DNA of 57,050 bases from an uncultured Candidatus Poseidoniales archaeon (GTDB taxonomy: Archaea > Thermoplasmatota > Poseidoniia > Poseidoniales > Thalassarchaeaceae): contig CAXDMJ010000005.1 in assembly GCA_963990035.1 (NCBI GenBank), positions 1-57,050 on the forward strand. Direction: 5' to 3'. Shown here piece by piece: positions 9,966 to 19,728 of the stretch. Numbering within the stretch: the stretch's first letter is position 1; every line of letters starts with the position of its first letter. Position numbers and translations under genes: made by a program. The notes beneath the pieces were generated by a model. The model was not told the origin of the DNA and did not search any database. It saw only the letters and a list, made by a program, of their open reading frames with translations.

Positions 9966-10654
9966 AAATGAGGCCTTTAATCGGGATAACTACTTCTGTT
10001 AATTCACGAGATTATGAGGCTTCTAATCAATCTGTGATAATGTTACCTGAAACTTATCCTAAAGCCGTTAAAGCTGCAGGAGGGATTCCTCTTCTACTAT
10101 CTGAGTGTGAAGATAGTGATGAATTATTAGATTGCTTAGATGGATTAATAATTTCTGGAGGTAGAGATATTAATCCTAAATTGTATAATCAGGATGCTCA
10201 TGAAAAAACTATTGATTTCAGTGATAGTCAAGATAAATGGGAGATTTCTTTGATTGAAGGTGCTATAGAAAGAGATATTCCTCTACTTTGTATTTGCCGA
10301 GGGCATCAATTACTTTGCGTCATACGTGGAGGGGAACTATTCCAAGATCTACCTTCAACTGATGGTTATGAGAAACATGGTGAGACAGGTGGAAAATGGT
10401 CTCAACATACTGTAAAAATTGAATCTAATTCGTTAATTTCTGAATTATTAGGTGATGAGGTGATTGGTAATTCCGGACATCACCAAGGTGTAAGTGATGC
10501 AGGAGATTTGAGGGTTGTTGGTAGAACTTCAGATGGTTTAATCGAGGCAGTAGAATTAGACGATTGTCGTTTCCTAATATCTACTCAATGGCATCCTGAG
10601 ATGCTAGGGCAAAACCCTATTTTCGAAGCTCTAATCCAAGCATCTATTGAATAA
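9962..10654 (+). CDS. Peptidase C26 / gamma-glutamyl-GABA hydrolase family (class I glutamine amidotransferase fold), copy 1
   Basis: RPLIGIT, LDGLIISGGRDINP, ICRGHQLL (nucleophile Cys), QWHPE. Confidence 0.9.
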   Translation: MKMRPLIGITTSVNSRDYEASNQSVIMLPETYPKAVKAAGGIPLLLSECEDSDELLDCLDGLIISGGRDINPKLYNQDAHEKTIDFSDSQDKWEISLIEGAIERDIPLLCICRGHQLLCVIRGGELFQDLPSTDGYEKHGETGGKWSQHTVKIESNSLISELLGDEVIGNSGHHQGVSDAGDLRVVGRTSDGLIEAVELDDCRFLISTQWHPEMLGQNPIFEALIQASIE

Positions 10655-10695
10655 TAATCAAACCAATTATTAGCCATACCTTCTACGGTAGTAGT

Positions 10696-11394
10696 ATGGT
10701 GGATACAAGAAGTCCAGTTATTGGTATCACCTGTCCTGCCCGTCCTACTAAATGGGCTAACTGGGATATTGATGCTGTAGTGTTACCTACTACTTATCAT
10801 AAAATGGTGATGAAATGTGGAGGAGTTCCACTACTAATTCCACCAGGATGTAGCTCCGATATAATCGACAGAATCGATGGATTGCTAATATCTGGTGGTC
10901 CAGATATAAATCCAGAACTCTATGGAGAAAAAAATGGTGCTTACACTAATGAAATATATCCTGAACAAGATTCCTCAGAGATTGAATTAATAAAATCAGC
11001 TATAACGAAAGATATCCCACTCTTATGCATCTGTCGTGGTTTCCAATTACTCTGTGTTATGAATGGTGGTAAATTACACCAACATTTACCTGAAACAGAA
11101 GGCTATGAAAATCATGGTGGATGGAATGGTGAAGTAACGGAACATGGGGTGGAAATCATTGAAGGGAGTAGATTAGGTGAGATTATGGGTAATCATATTA
11201 ATGCCAACTCAACTCATCATCAAGGTGTATGTGATGCAGGTGATTTATCTATTTCAGCATATTCCAGTCATGATAATTTGATCGAAGCAGTTGAGATTAA
11301 ACACCTCAAATTTTGTCTTGGTGTTCAATGGCACCCTGAACGTATAAATCATGTTAGTTTGTATCGTGCCTTCATTAAATCAGCGCGAGGTTAA
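10696..11394 (+). CDS. Peptidase C26 / gamma-glutamyl-GABA hydrolase family, copy 2
   Basis: PVIGIT, IDGLLISGGPDINP, ICRGFQLL, QWHPE. Confidence 0.9.
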   Translation: MVDTRSPVIGITCPARPTKWANWDIDAVVLPTTYHKMVMKCGGVPLLIPPGCSSDIIDRIDGLLISGGPDINPELYGEKNGAYTNEIYPEQDSSEIELIKSAITKDIPLLCICRGFQLLCVMNGGKLHQHLPETEGYENHGGWNGEVTEHGVEIIEGSRLGEIMGNHINANSTHHQGVCDAGDLSISAYSSHDNLIEAVEIKHLKFCLGVQWHPERINHVSLYRAFIKSARG

Positions 11395-12857
11395 TGACTG
11401 TAAATGTGTACCATGATTTGATAGGTATGGTGCTGCGACTCTACGATACCCGTTCACGTAGTAAAAGAATCTTCGAAACATTGGTTCCTGGGAAGGTTGG
11501 AATTTACGTATGTGGGATTACTCCTTACTCACCTAGTCACATAGGCCATGCGCGTCAAGCAATTGCTTTCGACATTATTGTAAGATGGCTACGGAAAAGT
11601 GGTTTCATAGTCAATCATATTACTAATTTCACAGATATTGATGATAAAATCATAAGTATTGCTAACGAGGAAAATATCGATTTTATTGATGTCGCAAATA
11701 GAAATATCGCCGATTATTTTGAGGTTATGGATTTACTAAATGTAATTCCTGCTGACTCTTATCCAAGAGTTACTGATACAATACCTGAAATTATAGATAT
11801 GATTAATCAACTAATCGATAATGGAAATGCTTACTCATCTCCAGATGGAGTATATTTCGAAATCGATACAGCACCTGAAAAATATGGTCAATTAACAGGA
11901 CAAACATTAGAGATGGTTAGAGAGGGTGCAGGAGGTCGGGTTTCAGAGACAGGTTCTGGAAAGAAAAATCATAGAGATTTTGCCTTGTGGAAATTAGCAA
12001 AACCAGATGAACCATATTGGCCAAGTCCTTGGGGAGACGGACGTCCTGGTTGGCATATTGAATGTTCAGTAATGTCTTTGCAACACCTTGGTGAAAAATT
12101 CGACATACATGGTGGTGGTTCTGATTTAATGTTCCCTCACCATGAAGCAGAAATTTTTCAATCTGAATGTTGCTTAAATCATAATCCAGTAGTCCAATAC
12201 TGGATACATAATGGAATGATTAATGTTGATGGCGAAAAAATGAGTAAATCATTAGGTAATTTTTGGACGATTAGAGATGCCATTTCTAAGGTTAACCCTT
12301 TAGAATTGAGATATTGTTTAATCAACGCTCCGTACAGACAACCAGTTGAATTTAACGATGTAATGCTTGAAGATTCATCAGATCATTATCAAAGACTAAT
12401 ATCATCTTATGGAGAAGGTCTTTCTTTATGTGGAAAAGAGTCATGGGGGAATTCTGAATTCTTGAAATCTGCTAGTACTAATTTTTCTAATGGTATGAAT
12501 GATGATTTCAATACCAGAGTTGCAGTCGTAGAAGTTCAATCTGTAGTCAAGTACTTGAGAGAAAAAATTGATTCTAATCATACAGAAGAAATTTCTGCCT
12601 CTGTTTCGTGGTTGTCGGATTTTGCTGGGCTGATTCTAGGCCTATTGCCTGATGATGAATTTATTCTCAATGAAGTTAATCAGAAGATTGCAACTAAATC
12701 TGCTATTTCGGAGTTAGTTATTGATCTGTTAAATCAGAGGAAAATTGCGCGCAATGATAAGAATTGGAATCGAGCAGATGAAATCAGAAATGAATTAAAT
12801 GAGATGGGTGTAATTGTTGAAGATTCTTCCAGTGGCCCAGTTTGGAGATTAAAATAA
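11394..12857 (+). CDS. cysS: Cysteinyl-tRNA synthetase (class I)
   Basis: YVCGITPY, SHIGH, DFALWK, GRPGWHIECS, HHEAEIFQS, KMSKSLGN. Start could be 11427. Confidence 0.97.
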   Translation: MTVNVYHDLIGMVLRLYDTRSRSKRIFETLVPGKVGIYVCGITPYSPSHIGHARQAIAFDIIVRWLRKSGFIVNHITNFTDIDDKIISIANEENIDFIDVANRNIADYFEVMDLLNVIPADSYPRVTDTIPEIIDMINQLIDNGNAYSSPDGVYFEIDTAPEKYGQLTGQTLEMVREGAGGRVSETGSGKKNHRDFALWKLAKPDEPYWPSPWGDGRPGWHIECSVMSLQHLGEKFDIHGGGSDLMFPHHEAEIFQSECCLNHNPVVQYWIHNGMINVDGEKMSKSLGNFWTIRDAISKVNPLELRYCLINAPYRQPVEFNDVMLEDSSDHYQRLISSYGEGLSLCGKESWGNSEFLKSASTNFSNGMNDDFNTRVAVVEVQSVVKYLREKIDSNHTEEISASVSWLSDFAGLILGLLPDDEFILNEVNQKIATKSAISELVIDLLNQRKIARNDKNWNRADEIRNELNEMGVIVEDSSSGPVWRLK

Positions 12858-12915
12858 ATTATTTTTCTTTTCTAAATCTTGGAATCTACAGCGAAGGACC
12901 GATAAGTCATATCAC

Positions 12916-14370
12916 TTGCGTAATAATGTGTCTATCCCATCCGAGATTGAAACTACATGTGTTGTTTTGATTGTTTTTAGTACCTTGATGGCGGGATGTT
13001 TCACAATTCCTATCGGAGCGACAGATGTGCCTCCAGATTGGGATAAGGACTTAATTTATGTAGAAGATCCGTTAACTCATGAAGACCCTAGAGAATTTAC
13101 TACTAGAACAATTACAGATAAAGGGTATGTAGAAGGTGAAGCTTTTTGGGCTGTATTCGGTAATGAAGAAGGGGGTAATTGTTGTGAACATTATCTTGCA
13201 GGAACTAAAGAAGGATGGATTGTTAATTTCGGAGGAGAGTATCCTACTTGGTCAGAAGATAGAGGGCATACTTGGAAGGAGTACCAGCCAACTATCCTCT
13301 CTCAACTCGGCTGTTTGGAACCTAAGCCTACTATTCCTGGGCAAGAGGGACTTGGCGAGGGAAGTATCGTTCAGGCAACAAATGGCGATTTAATTTCTAT
13401 GGGGTGGTTTCCTTATCCCAGTGCTAGCGGAGCAGATCAATTCTATGCATTTCTCTATGACGCTGAAGATGAGGAATGGAGTTGGTGTTTCAATCGAACA
13501 CCCGAACCATTTTATGATCGCTCATGGCAAGTTGAAGTAATAGGCCCGATTAACGGTGGTATCTATGGAAATGGCGACTATGCTAGCCTAGTAATATCTA
13601 ATTTTTGGCATCAAGTGCAGAATGTTGGTGGACAAATCTCTACTGATGGTTTAAACTATGACTATTTTCCTTTTCCTGATAGGGATGGAACTCTAGATAG
13701 TATAGAAGTCAACCTAATTTCTGAAGATTTAGGAGTTGAATGGGACTTTACTAAGCCTCACAAGGAAATGAGAGCTTTCCCAGTTCCATCAGGGGGTCTG
13801 TATTTTCCAAACTACTTCATTGATGGTACTGACGCATATTTAGATACATCACTTAATTGGTGGTCAGCTACAAATCAAAATGGTTCATCTCTTCCCTCAG
13901 AGTATTGTGCATTTGATTCCTCTAGCGCGCTACATTGTGTGATTTCTGAATCAAATATGGTCACCCATCTTATGTCTTTAGATGGTGGTGAAAGTTGGCA
14001 AAATTTCACCTATGATTTATCAAATGATGCGAGTGCAATTGAAGAATTGGAATTCCATTCTAATGGAGTTCACGACCTCTTTGTTTTGAGTATTAGGTAT
14101 CAAAGTTCTTTGGGCCCTGACGTTGACGTTGCATTCCATGTTCGTGATTTCTCTGAATCATTAAATCCTGATCAATTAACCTATATTGGTCAAGGTGATT
14201 TAGATTCTACATCAGGTGCAGGAGCAGATATTCGATTTGATTTTGCTAGTATGGGTATACTCCCTGATGGTGGTTCTTTCATTGCATATCATGACTCATC
14301 TGATCCAGATCCATTATTTGCAGTTGAAATGCTTCTTCCTATTGATTACGGTATGAGTATTGTATTCTAA
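12916..14370 (+). CDS. Secreted or lipoprotein with Asp-box (BNR) repeats, possible beta-propeller
   Basis: Hydrophobic leader ending LMAGC (lipobox-like); Asp-boxes SEDRGHTW and SLDGGESW; acidic and aromatic-rich. Confidence 0.55.
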   Translation: MRNNVSIPSEIETTCVVLIVFSTLMAGCFTIPIGATDVPPDWDKDLIYVEDPLTHEDPREFTTRTITDKGYVEGEAFWAVFGNEEGGNCCEHYLAGTKEGWIVNFGGEYPTWSEDRGHTWKEYQPTILSQLGCLEPKPTIPGQEGLGEGSIVQATNGDLISMGWFPYPSASGADQFYAFLYDAEDEEWSWCFNRTPEPFYDRSWQVEVIGPINGGIYGNGDYASLVISNFWHQVQNVGGQISTDGLNYDYFPFPDRDGTLDSIEVNLISEDLGVEWDFTKPHKEMRAFPVPSGGLYFPNYFIDGTDAYLDTSLNWWSATNQNGSSLPSEYCAFDSSSALHCVISESNMVTHLMSLDGGESWQNFTYDLSNDASAIEELEFHSNGVHDLFVLSIRYQSSLGPDVDVAFHVRDFSESLNPDQLTYIGQGDLDSTSGAGADIRFDFASMGILPDGGSFIAYHDSSDPDPLFAVEMLLPIDYGMSIVF

Positions 14371-14396
14371 ATATAGAAATTCTCATGAAATAGTAA

Positions 14397-17300
14397 TTAA
14401 TCTAGTTGACTCACAGTAAATTTAACTTTACTTCCATCTACTTCAAAAGAGTTAGAATTATTTGTAATATTTTCTTCATTAAGGGTTGCTATACTTGCTC
14501 TTGTTTCATTCAGTATATGATTCCAATCATCTATGAATAAATCCTGACCATCTACACATACATCAAGTCTTATTGATGATTCTACATCAAGATTTATTTC
14601 CTTTCTTTTTGCTTGTACGTGCCTAATAATATCTCTCGCCAATCCTTTAGATAATAACTCCTCATTGAGTCTCATATCAAGAACCAGAGATACATCTCCA
14701 ATCTCATCTATAGATATAGTTGCAGCTGCATAACCATCTTTCTCAACTCTCTTAATCTCTATATCTTCCATTGTTATGTCATAACCTTCTATAATACAAA
14801 TCTCTGCTTCTATTTCAAGCAGAATATTATCTGGGTCGGCGTCTGCTAATAAACTCAGTACAGCAGGTAAATCTTGTCTACATTTCTTACCTAATGCTTT
14901 ACGATTTGGAGCGATTTGAATTTTCTGAAATCGATCTAAATCTTCTTCAGTAGTTAATACTTCAACATTTAATTCCTCTGCTAAAATCTCATGGAATTCA
15001 GAAATATCTGGCCCACCTACAATCCATCCTGATTTGCATGGTAGCCGTTGCCTTCGACCTGCATCTACGCGAACTCTTCTACCAGTTTCTGCTAATTTCC
15101 TTACTAAAGCCATTTCTTGTTCTAAAACCCAGTTTTGAGGAGGTAAATTACTAGGGACCAGCGATGAACCTAATGGCCAATCTGTTAAATGGACTGACTT
15201 TCCAGTCAAATCTCGATGTATTTGGTCTGGTATGAATGGGGCAACTGGTGCCATTAATCGACAAACTGTTAGTAAAATTTCATGTAAAGTATGTTGACAG
15301 GCTCTTTTATCGTTGCTATCATCCTCATTCCAAAGCCGTCTTCTTGATCTTCTTACATACCAGTTAGATAAATCATTAATTACGAAGTTTTCTAACTCTC
15401 TTCCCGCTTTATGGAAATCCCATGATATGAAATTTTCATGATAAGTTTCTGCAACTGTTGCCATACGTGAAAGAATCCACTTATCGAGAGGACTCCTATC
15501 TTTGACATTTATTTTTGTCAAATTATCTTCTGGGTCAAAACCATCTAAGGATGCATAATCAGAATAAAATCGATGAACATTCCAGAGAGTCAAGAACATT
15601 TTTGCATACGATTCTCTGACTCCATTTGGATCAAAGTTAGTTGGTGTCCAAGGTGCACTTTGTGTCATCATATACCATCGAATTGAATCTGATCCTTCTT
15701 TATTGAAATGATCCCATGGATTGACTACATTACCTCTTGATTTACTCATTTTCTTTCCATCTTTATCTAATATGTGCCCTAATGATAGGCACCTCTTGTA
15801 GGCGACATTATCGAAAACAGTAGTTGATACTGCAAGTAATGAATAGAACCAACCTCTAGTTTGGTCGACAGCTTCACAAATGTAATCTACTGGGAAAACT
15901 CCTTCAAATTTTTCTTTGTTTTCAAATGGATAATGCCACTGAGCAAAGGATGCACATCCGGAATCAAACCAACAATCCATTACGTAAGGTTCTCTAATCA
16001 TCTCTCCCGAACACCCTTCATTATTGCAATTTAATTTTACATCATCTACGTATGGTCTATGTAACTCAGGTGGTGTAGGGGAATCATTAGTTTTCATAGA
16101 AATCATTTCATCAATACTTCCAATACAGTGTTCATGTTGACAATCTTCACAAATCCATACAGGGATAGGCGTACCCCAATATCTTTCACGACTAATTGCC
16201 CAATCTTTGATATTTGATAGCCATTCTCCCATTCTCTTCGCTCCAGTCCATTCCGGAGCCCACTCAACCTGTGAATTAAATTCAAGAATTTGTTCACGTA
16301 CAGCTGTCATTCTTACGAACCAGCTATCCATCGCATAGTACAATAATGGGTGATCTGTTCTCCAACAATGTGGATAATCATGGGTGTAAATATGCTCTCG
16401 ATATAACTGCCCACTTGAACTCAATAAGTCAATTATATCTGAATCACATTCTTTGACATATCTATTATCTAATTTCTCATGTGTACCTTCAATGAATTTA
16501 CCATCTATTCCAACGGTATGTTGTGCGGGGAAACCTTCCTTCATTCCAAGGTTATAATCATCTTCTCCATACATTACTGCAGTATGAACAACTCCAGTTC
16601 CATCACTTGTAGTGACAAAATCTGCTCCTACTACTGTCCATGCATTAGAATTATTTCCATCTATGGCACCAGGGAACAATGGGTCATATGATTTCCCTAA
16701 CAATTCTGAACCTGGGAATTCTTCTAAAATTTCCATTTTATGCCGTAGGACATTTCCAAGTAAATCTTTGGCTAATATTAGTTCTTCTCCTAATTCAGCA
16801 CCTCCTCTACCTTCCCAAGACCCTGAAGGTGCAGCCGTGACTTTCACTCGGCAATAGGTTACATCTGGACCTACTGCTAGCCCAACGTTACCAGGTAAAG
16901 TCCAGGGTGTTGTTGTCCAAGCTAATATTGAAGAATTAGAATCTTTTAATTGAAATTTAACGAAAACAGCAGGTTCTGATACTTCTTTATACCCCTGAGC
17001 TACTTCATGACTAGAGTAACTCGTTCCAGTTTGAGGGCAGTATGGTAAAACCTTGTATCCTCTAAATAGAAGCCCTTTGTCAAACATTTGTTTTAATGAC
17101 CACCAAGCTGATTCTATGTAATTATCATGAAGAGTTACGTAGGGGTCATCCATATCTACCCAGAACCCCATTCTTTCAGTCATTTCTCTCCAAGCTTGTT
17201 CATAAGTCCAAACACTTTCCTTGCATTTCTGATTAAATGCTTCCATGCCATAAGCCTCTATGGCCTCATTCGACATTAAATCGAGTTGCTTTTGCACTTC

Positions 17301-17588
17301 AATTTCTACTGGTAAACCATGAGTATCCCACCCTGCTTTTCTTTCAACAATATGTCCTTCCATTGTTTTCCATCTACAAACCATATCTTTGTAGAGCCTT
17401 GAAATCACATGGTGTATTCCTGGTTTTCCATTTGCAGTGGGAGGTCCTTCAAGGAATGTAAATGGAGATTCACCATCTCTACGATTTTCAATAGATTTAG
17501 TGAATGTGTTTTCCATATTCCATGTATTGATTAAAGAGGTCTCAAGAGAGACTGGGTCTAGTTCACCAGCTGCCTTGGGTACGGTCAT
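14397..17588 (-). CDS. ileS: Isoleucyl-tRNA synthetase, type 2, with GIHH signature
   Basis: EGPPTANGKPGIHH, GWDTHGLPVE, AWTTTPWTLPGN, DWAISRERYWGTP, DQTRGWFY, KMSKSRGN. Confidence 0.97.
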   Translation of the reverse strand: MTVPKAAGELDPVSLETSLINTWNMENTFTKSIENRRDGESPFTFLEGPPTANGKPGIHHVISRLYKDMVCRWKTMEGHIVERKAGWDTHGLPVEIEVQKQLDLMSNEAIEAYGMEAFNQKCKESVWTYEQAWREMTERMGFWVDMDDPYVTLHDNYIESAWWSLKQMFDKGLLFRGYKVLPYCPQTGTSYSSHEVAQGYKEVSEPAVFVKFQLKDSNSSILAWTTTPWTLPGNVGLAVGPDVTYCRVKVTAAPSGSWEGRGGAELGEELILAKDLLGNVLRHKMEILEEFPGSELLGKSYDPLFPGAIDGNNSNAWTVVGADFVTTSDGTGVVHTAVMYGEDDYNLGMKEGFPAQHTVGIDGKFIEGTHEKLDNRYVKECDSDIIDLLSSSGQLYREHIYTHDYPHCWRTDHPLLYYAMDSWFVRMTAVREQILEFNSQVEWAPEWTGAKRMGEWLSNIKDWAISRERYWGTPIPVWICEDCQHEHCIGSIDEMISMKTNDSPTPPELHRPYVDDVKLNCNNEGCSGEMIREPYVMDCWFDSGCASFAQWHYPFENKEKFEGVFPVDYICEAVDQTRGWFYSLLAVSTTVFDNVAYKRCLSLGHILDKDGKKMSKSRGNVVNPWDHFNKEGSDSIRWYMMTQSAPWTPTNFDPNGVRESYAKMFLTLWNVHRFYSDYASLDGFDPEDNLTKINVKDRSPLDKWILSRMATVAETYHENFISWDFHKAGRELENFVINDLSNWYVRRSRRRLWNEDDSNDKRACQHTLHEILLTVCRLMAPVAPFIPDQIHRDLTGKSVHLTDWPLGSSLVPSNLPPQNWVLEQEMALVRKLAETGRRVRVDAGRRQRLPCKSGWIVGGPDISEFHEILAEELNVEVLTTEEDLDRFQKIQIAPNRKALGKKCRQDLPAVLSLLADADPDNILLEIEAEICIIEGYDITMEDIEIKRVEKDGYAAATISIDEIGDVSLVLDMRLNEELLSKGLARDIIRHVQAKRKEINLDVESSIRLDVCVDGQDLFIDDWNHILNETRASIATLNEENITNNSNSFEVDGSKVKFTVSQLD

Positions 17589-17693
17589 GTTGACACCGAC
17601 TCGATATGCTTTCTTGAACGTGACTAATCAAGATGAAACTGAATTACCAAATAACCACGCCTTCAAAAGGTAGTACCTAGTGGAAGATATTAG

Positions 17694-18356
17694 ATGTCAG
17701 AGGTTGTTTCATTAGAGGTAGGTGGAATGACCTGCACCGGTTGCTCTGATAGAGTCAGAAATGCTCTTGAAAGTATCCAGGGGGTTAATTCCGCAGATGT
17801 GTCTCATGAATCTGGTATTGCCATTGTCGTTCATCAAAATGTATCAGAAAAAATTATGACTTCTAGTGTACAAAAAATCGGTTATACAGTCGATGGAAAA
17901 GGTGAAGATTTCCATTGGAAAGATGGTAGCATTTGGAAACAATCTGCTCACAATACAAAATGGTGCCTGATTGGATGTTCAATTGGTGAATTTGGAACAC
18001 TTGCTTACTATTCGTATTCAGGGATAACTACAGGACTAGAATTATATTCTAAAATTTGGTATTTTTATGCAATTTTACCTTTAATTAATGGTTTGACAAC
18101 AAGTGTTATGCTGGAAACAGTAATCTTGATGAGAGGACAGATGGACTTTAGGAATGCGTTATCTACGGCATTTGGGATGTCTTTCATTTCAATGCTGATG
18201 ATGGAAATAGCAATGGAAATTACAGATTTACTATTTACTCAGGGTGAATTAGGTTTGATGCCTTTAGCTATTCCATTTATGCTACTTGTCGGATTTTTGA
18301 CGCCTTGGCCTTACAATTATTGGCGATTGAAAAAATACGGAGCTTCTTGCCATTAG
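17694..18356 (+). CDS. Heavy-metal-associated (HMA) domain fused to DUF4396-like membrane domain
   Basis: GMTCTGC; C-terminal HNTKWCLIGCSIGEFG...PWPYNYWRLKKYG. Confidence 0.8.
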   Translation: MSEVVSLEVGGMTCTGCSDRVRNALESIQGVNSADVSHESGIAIVVHQNVSEKIMTSSVQKIGYTVDGKGEDFHWKDGSIWKQSAHNTKWCLIGCSIGEFGTLAYYSYSGITTGLELYSKIWYFYAILPLINGLTTSVMLETVILMRGQMDFRNALSTAFGMSFISMLMMEIAMEITDLLFTQGELGLMPLAIPFMLLVGFLTPWPYNYWRLKKYGASCH

Positions 18357-18362
18357 GAGGAA

Positions 18363-19145
18363 ATGATTTTGTCAGATTGGGATAATTTAGCTGACGACAT
18401 ATCCAAATGGATTTTGAATTATGCTAAAAATAATAATATTTCTTGCTTAGTAGTGGGCGTTTCAGGAGGTATTGATTCAGCAGTAACTTCAGTATTATGT
18501 GCTAAAACTGGATTGAATACCATTGCTCTAAATATGCCCATTCATCAGGATAAGTCACAGTATGATCTTGCAAATATGCAGATTGAATGGTTGAAATCAA
18601 ATTGGAGTAATGTAGAAAGTCGTTTGATAGACCTCACTCAAACTTATGACACATTTAGTCAAAATGATTTATCTGAACAAAATATTTCGAAATTATCTCT
18701 CGCTAATACTAGAGCAAGAATGAGAATGACTACTCTATATGCTATTGCGGGGTCTAACAATGGAATTGTTGTAGGGACTGGCAATAAAGTTGAAGATTTT
18801 GGAATAGGATTTTTTACAAAGTATGGCGATGGTGGAGTTGATATATCACCTATAGGAGATTTGTATAAATCAGAGGTATATTTGTTAGCAAAGTCTCTAA
18901 ATGTCATCCAAGAAATTCAGCAAGCAGCTCCTACTGATGGTTTATGGGAAGATGGTCGTAATGATGAAGACCAGATTGGAGCAAGTTATACTGAATTAGA
19001 ATGGGCAATGGAAGAAATTATTAATCCTTCAGATTCATTTTTCACTCCTACTGATAGGCAAAAAGAAGTTTTAGAGATCTATCTGAAATTACATAAGACT
19101 AATTTACATAAAATACAGGAGATCCCTGTATTTCTGAAAAAATAG
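18363..19145 (+). CDS. nadE: NH3-dependent NAD+ synthetase
   Basis: VSGGIDS, NTRARMRM, GTGNKVE, GFFTKYGDGGVD, PTDGLW; no nitrilase domain; Shine-Dalgarno AGGAGG upstream. Confidence 0.95.
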   Translation: MILSDWDNLADDISKWILNYAKNNNISCLVVGVSGGIDSAVTSVLCAKTGLNTIALNMPIHQDKSQYDLANMQIEWLKSNWSNVESRLIDLTQTYDTFSQNDLSEQNISKLSLANTRARMRMTTLYAIAGSNNGIVVGTGNKVEDFGIGFFTKYGDGGVDISPIGDLYKSEVYLLAKSLNVIQEIQQAAPTDGLWEDGRNDEDQIGASYTELEWAMEEIINPSDSFFTPTDRQKEVLEIYLKLHKTNLHKIQEIPVFLKK

Positions 19146-19181
19146 TATTTTTGATAATTCCATATTACAAAATACCAATAC

Positions 19182-19727
19182 ATGGTACTTACTCCAATAT
19201 CCATGGTGGAGGCACTGGAGGAACCGAAATACGATTTAATCCGTAGTTTTGAAGGTTTTGAAATTCGTCATTATACTGATACAATTCAGGCTCGTATAGC
19301 GACAACAGATAGTAACAGTAAAGCTCCATCAAAGGGATTTAGAACAATTGCTGGATATATTTTTGGGAGCAATAATTCAGGTCAAAAAATTAAAATGACA
19401 GCCCCAGTACATATTTGGAGAGATCAAGGGGTGATGAATATGGCCTTTACGATGCCTTCCGAACATAATCTATCTGATTTGCCTGTACCAATTAATTCAT
19501 CAATTCAAGTAGTACCTGTTGCAGGTGAATTAACAGCAGCGATGAAATTTTCTGGATTTTACGGTGAGAAAAAAACTGAGAAATTAAGTAAAAAATTATT
19601 TTCTATGATTTCTAACCATAATTTAGAGCCAATAGGCCCCTCTATCCTTGCAGTATATGATAATCCTATGACATTACCATTTCTGCGAAGAAATGAGATA
19701 CTAATTCCATTAAAAGATAATTTTTAG
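19182..19727 (+). CDS. SOUL family heme-binding protein
   Basis: EEPKYDL...FEIRHY, GFRTIAGYIFG.N, KIKMTAPV, YDNPMTLPFLRRNEI. Confidence 0.9.
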   Translation: MVLTPISMVEALEEPKYDLIRSFEGFEIRHYTDTIQARIATTDSNSKAPSKGFRTIAGYIFGSNNSGQKIKMTAPVHIWRDQGVMNMAFTMPSEHNLSDLPVPINSSIQVVPVAGELTAAMKFSGFYGEKKTEKLSKKLFSMISNHNLEPIGPSILAVYDNPMTLPFLRRNEILIPLKDNF

Positions 19728-19728
19728 T

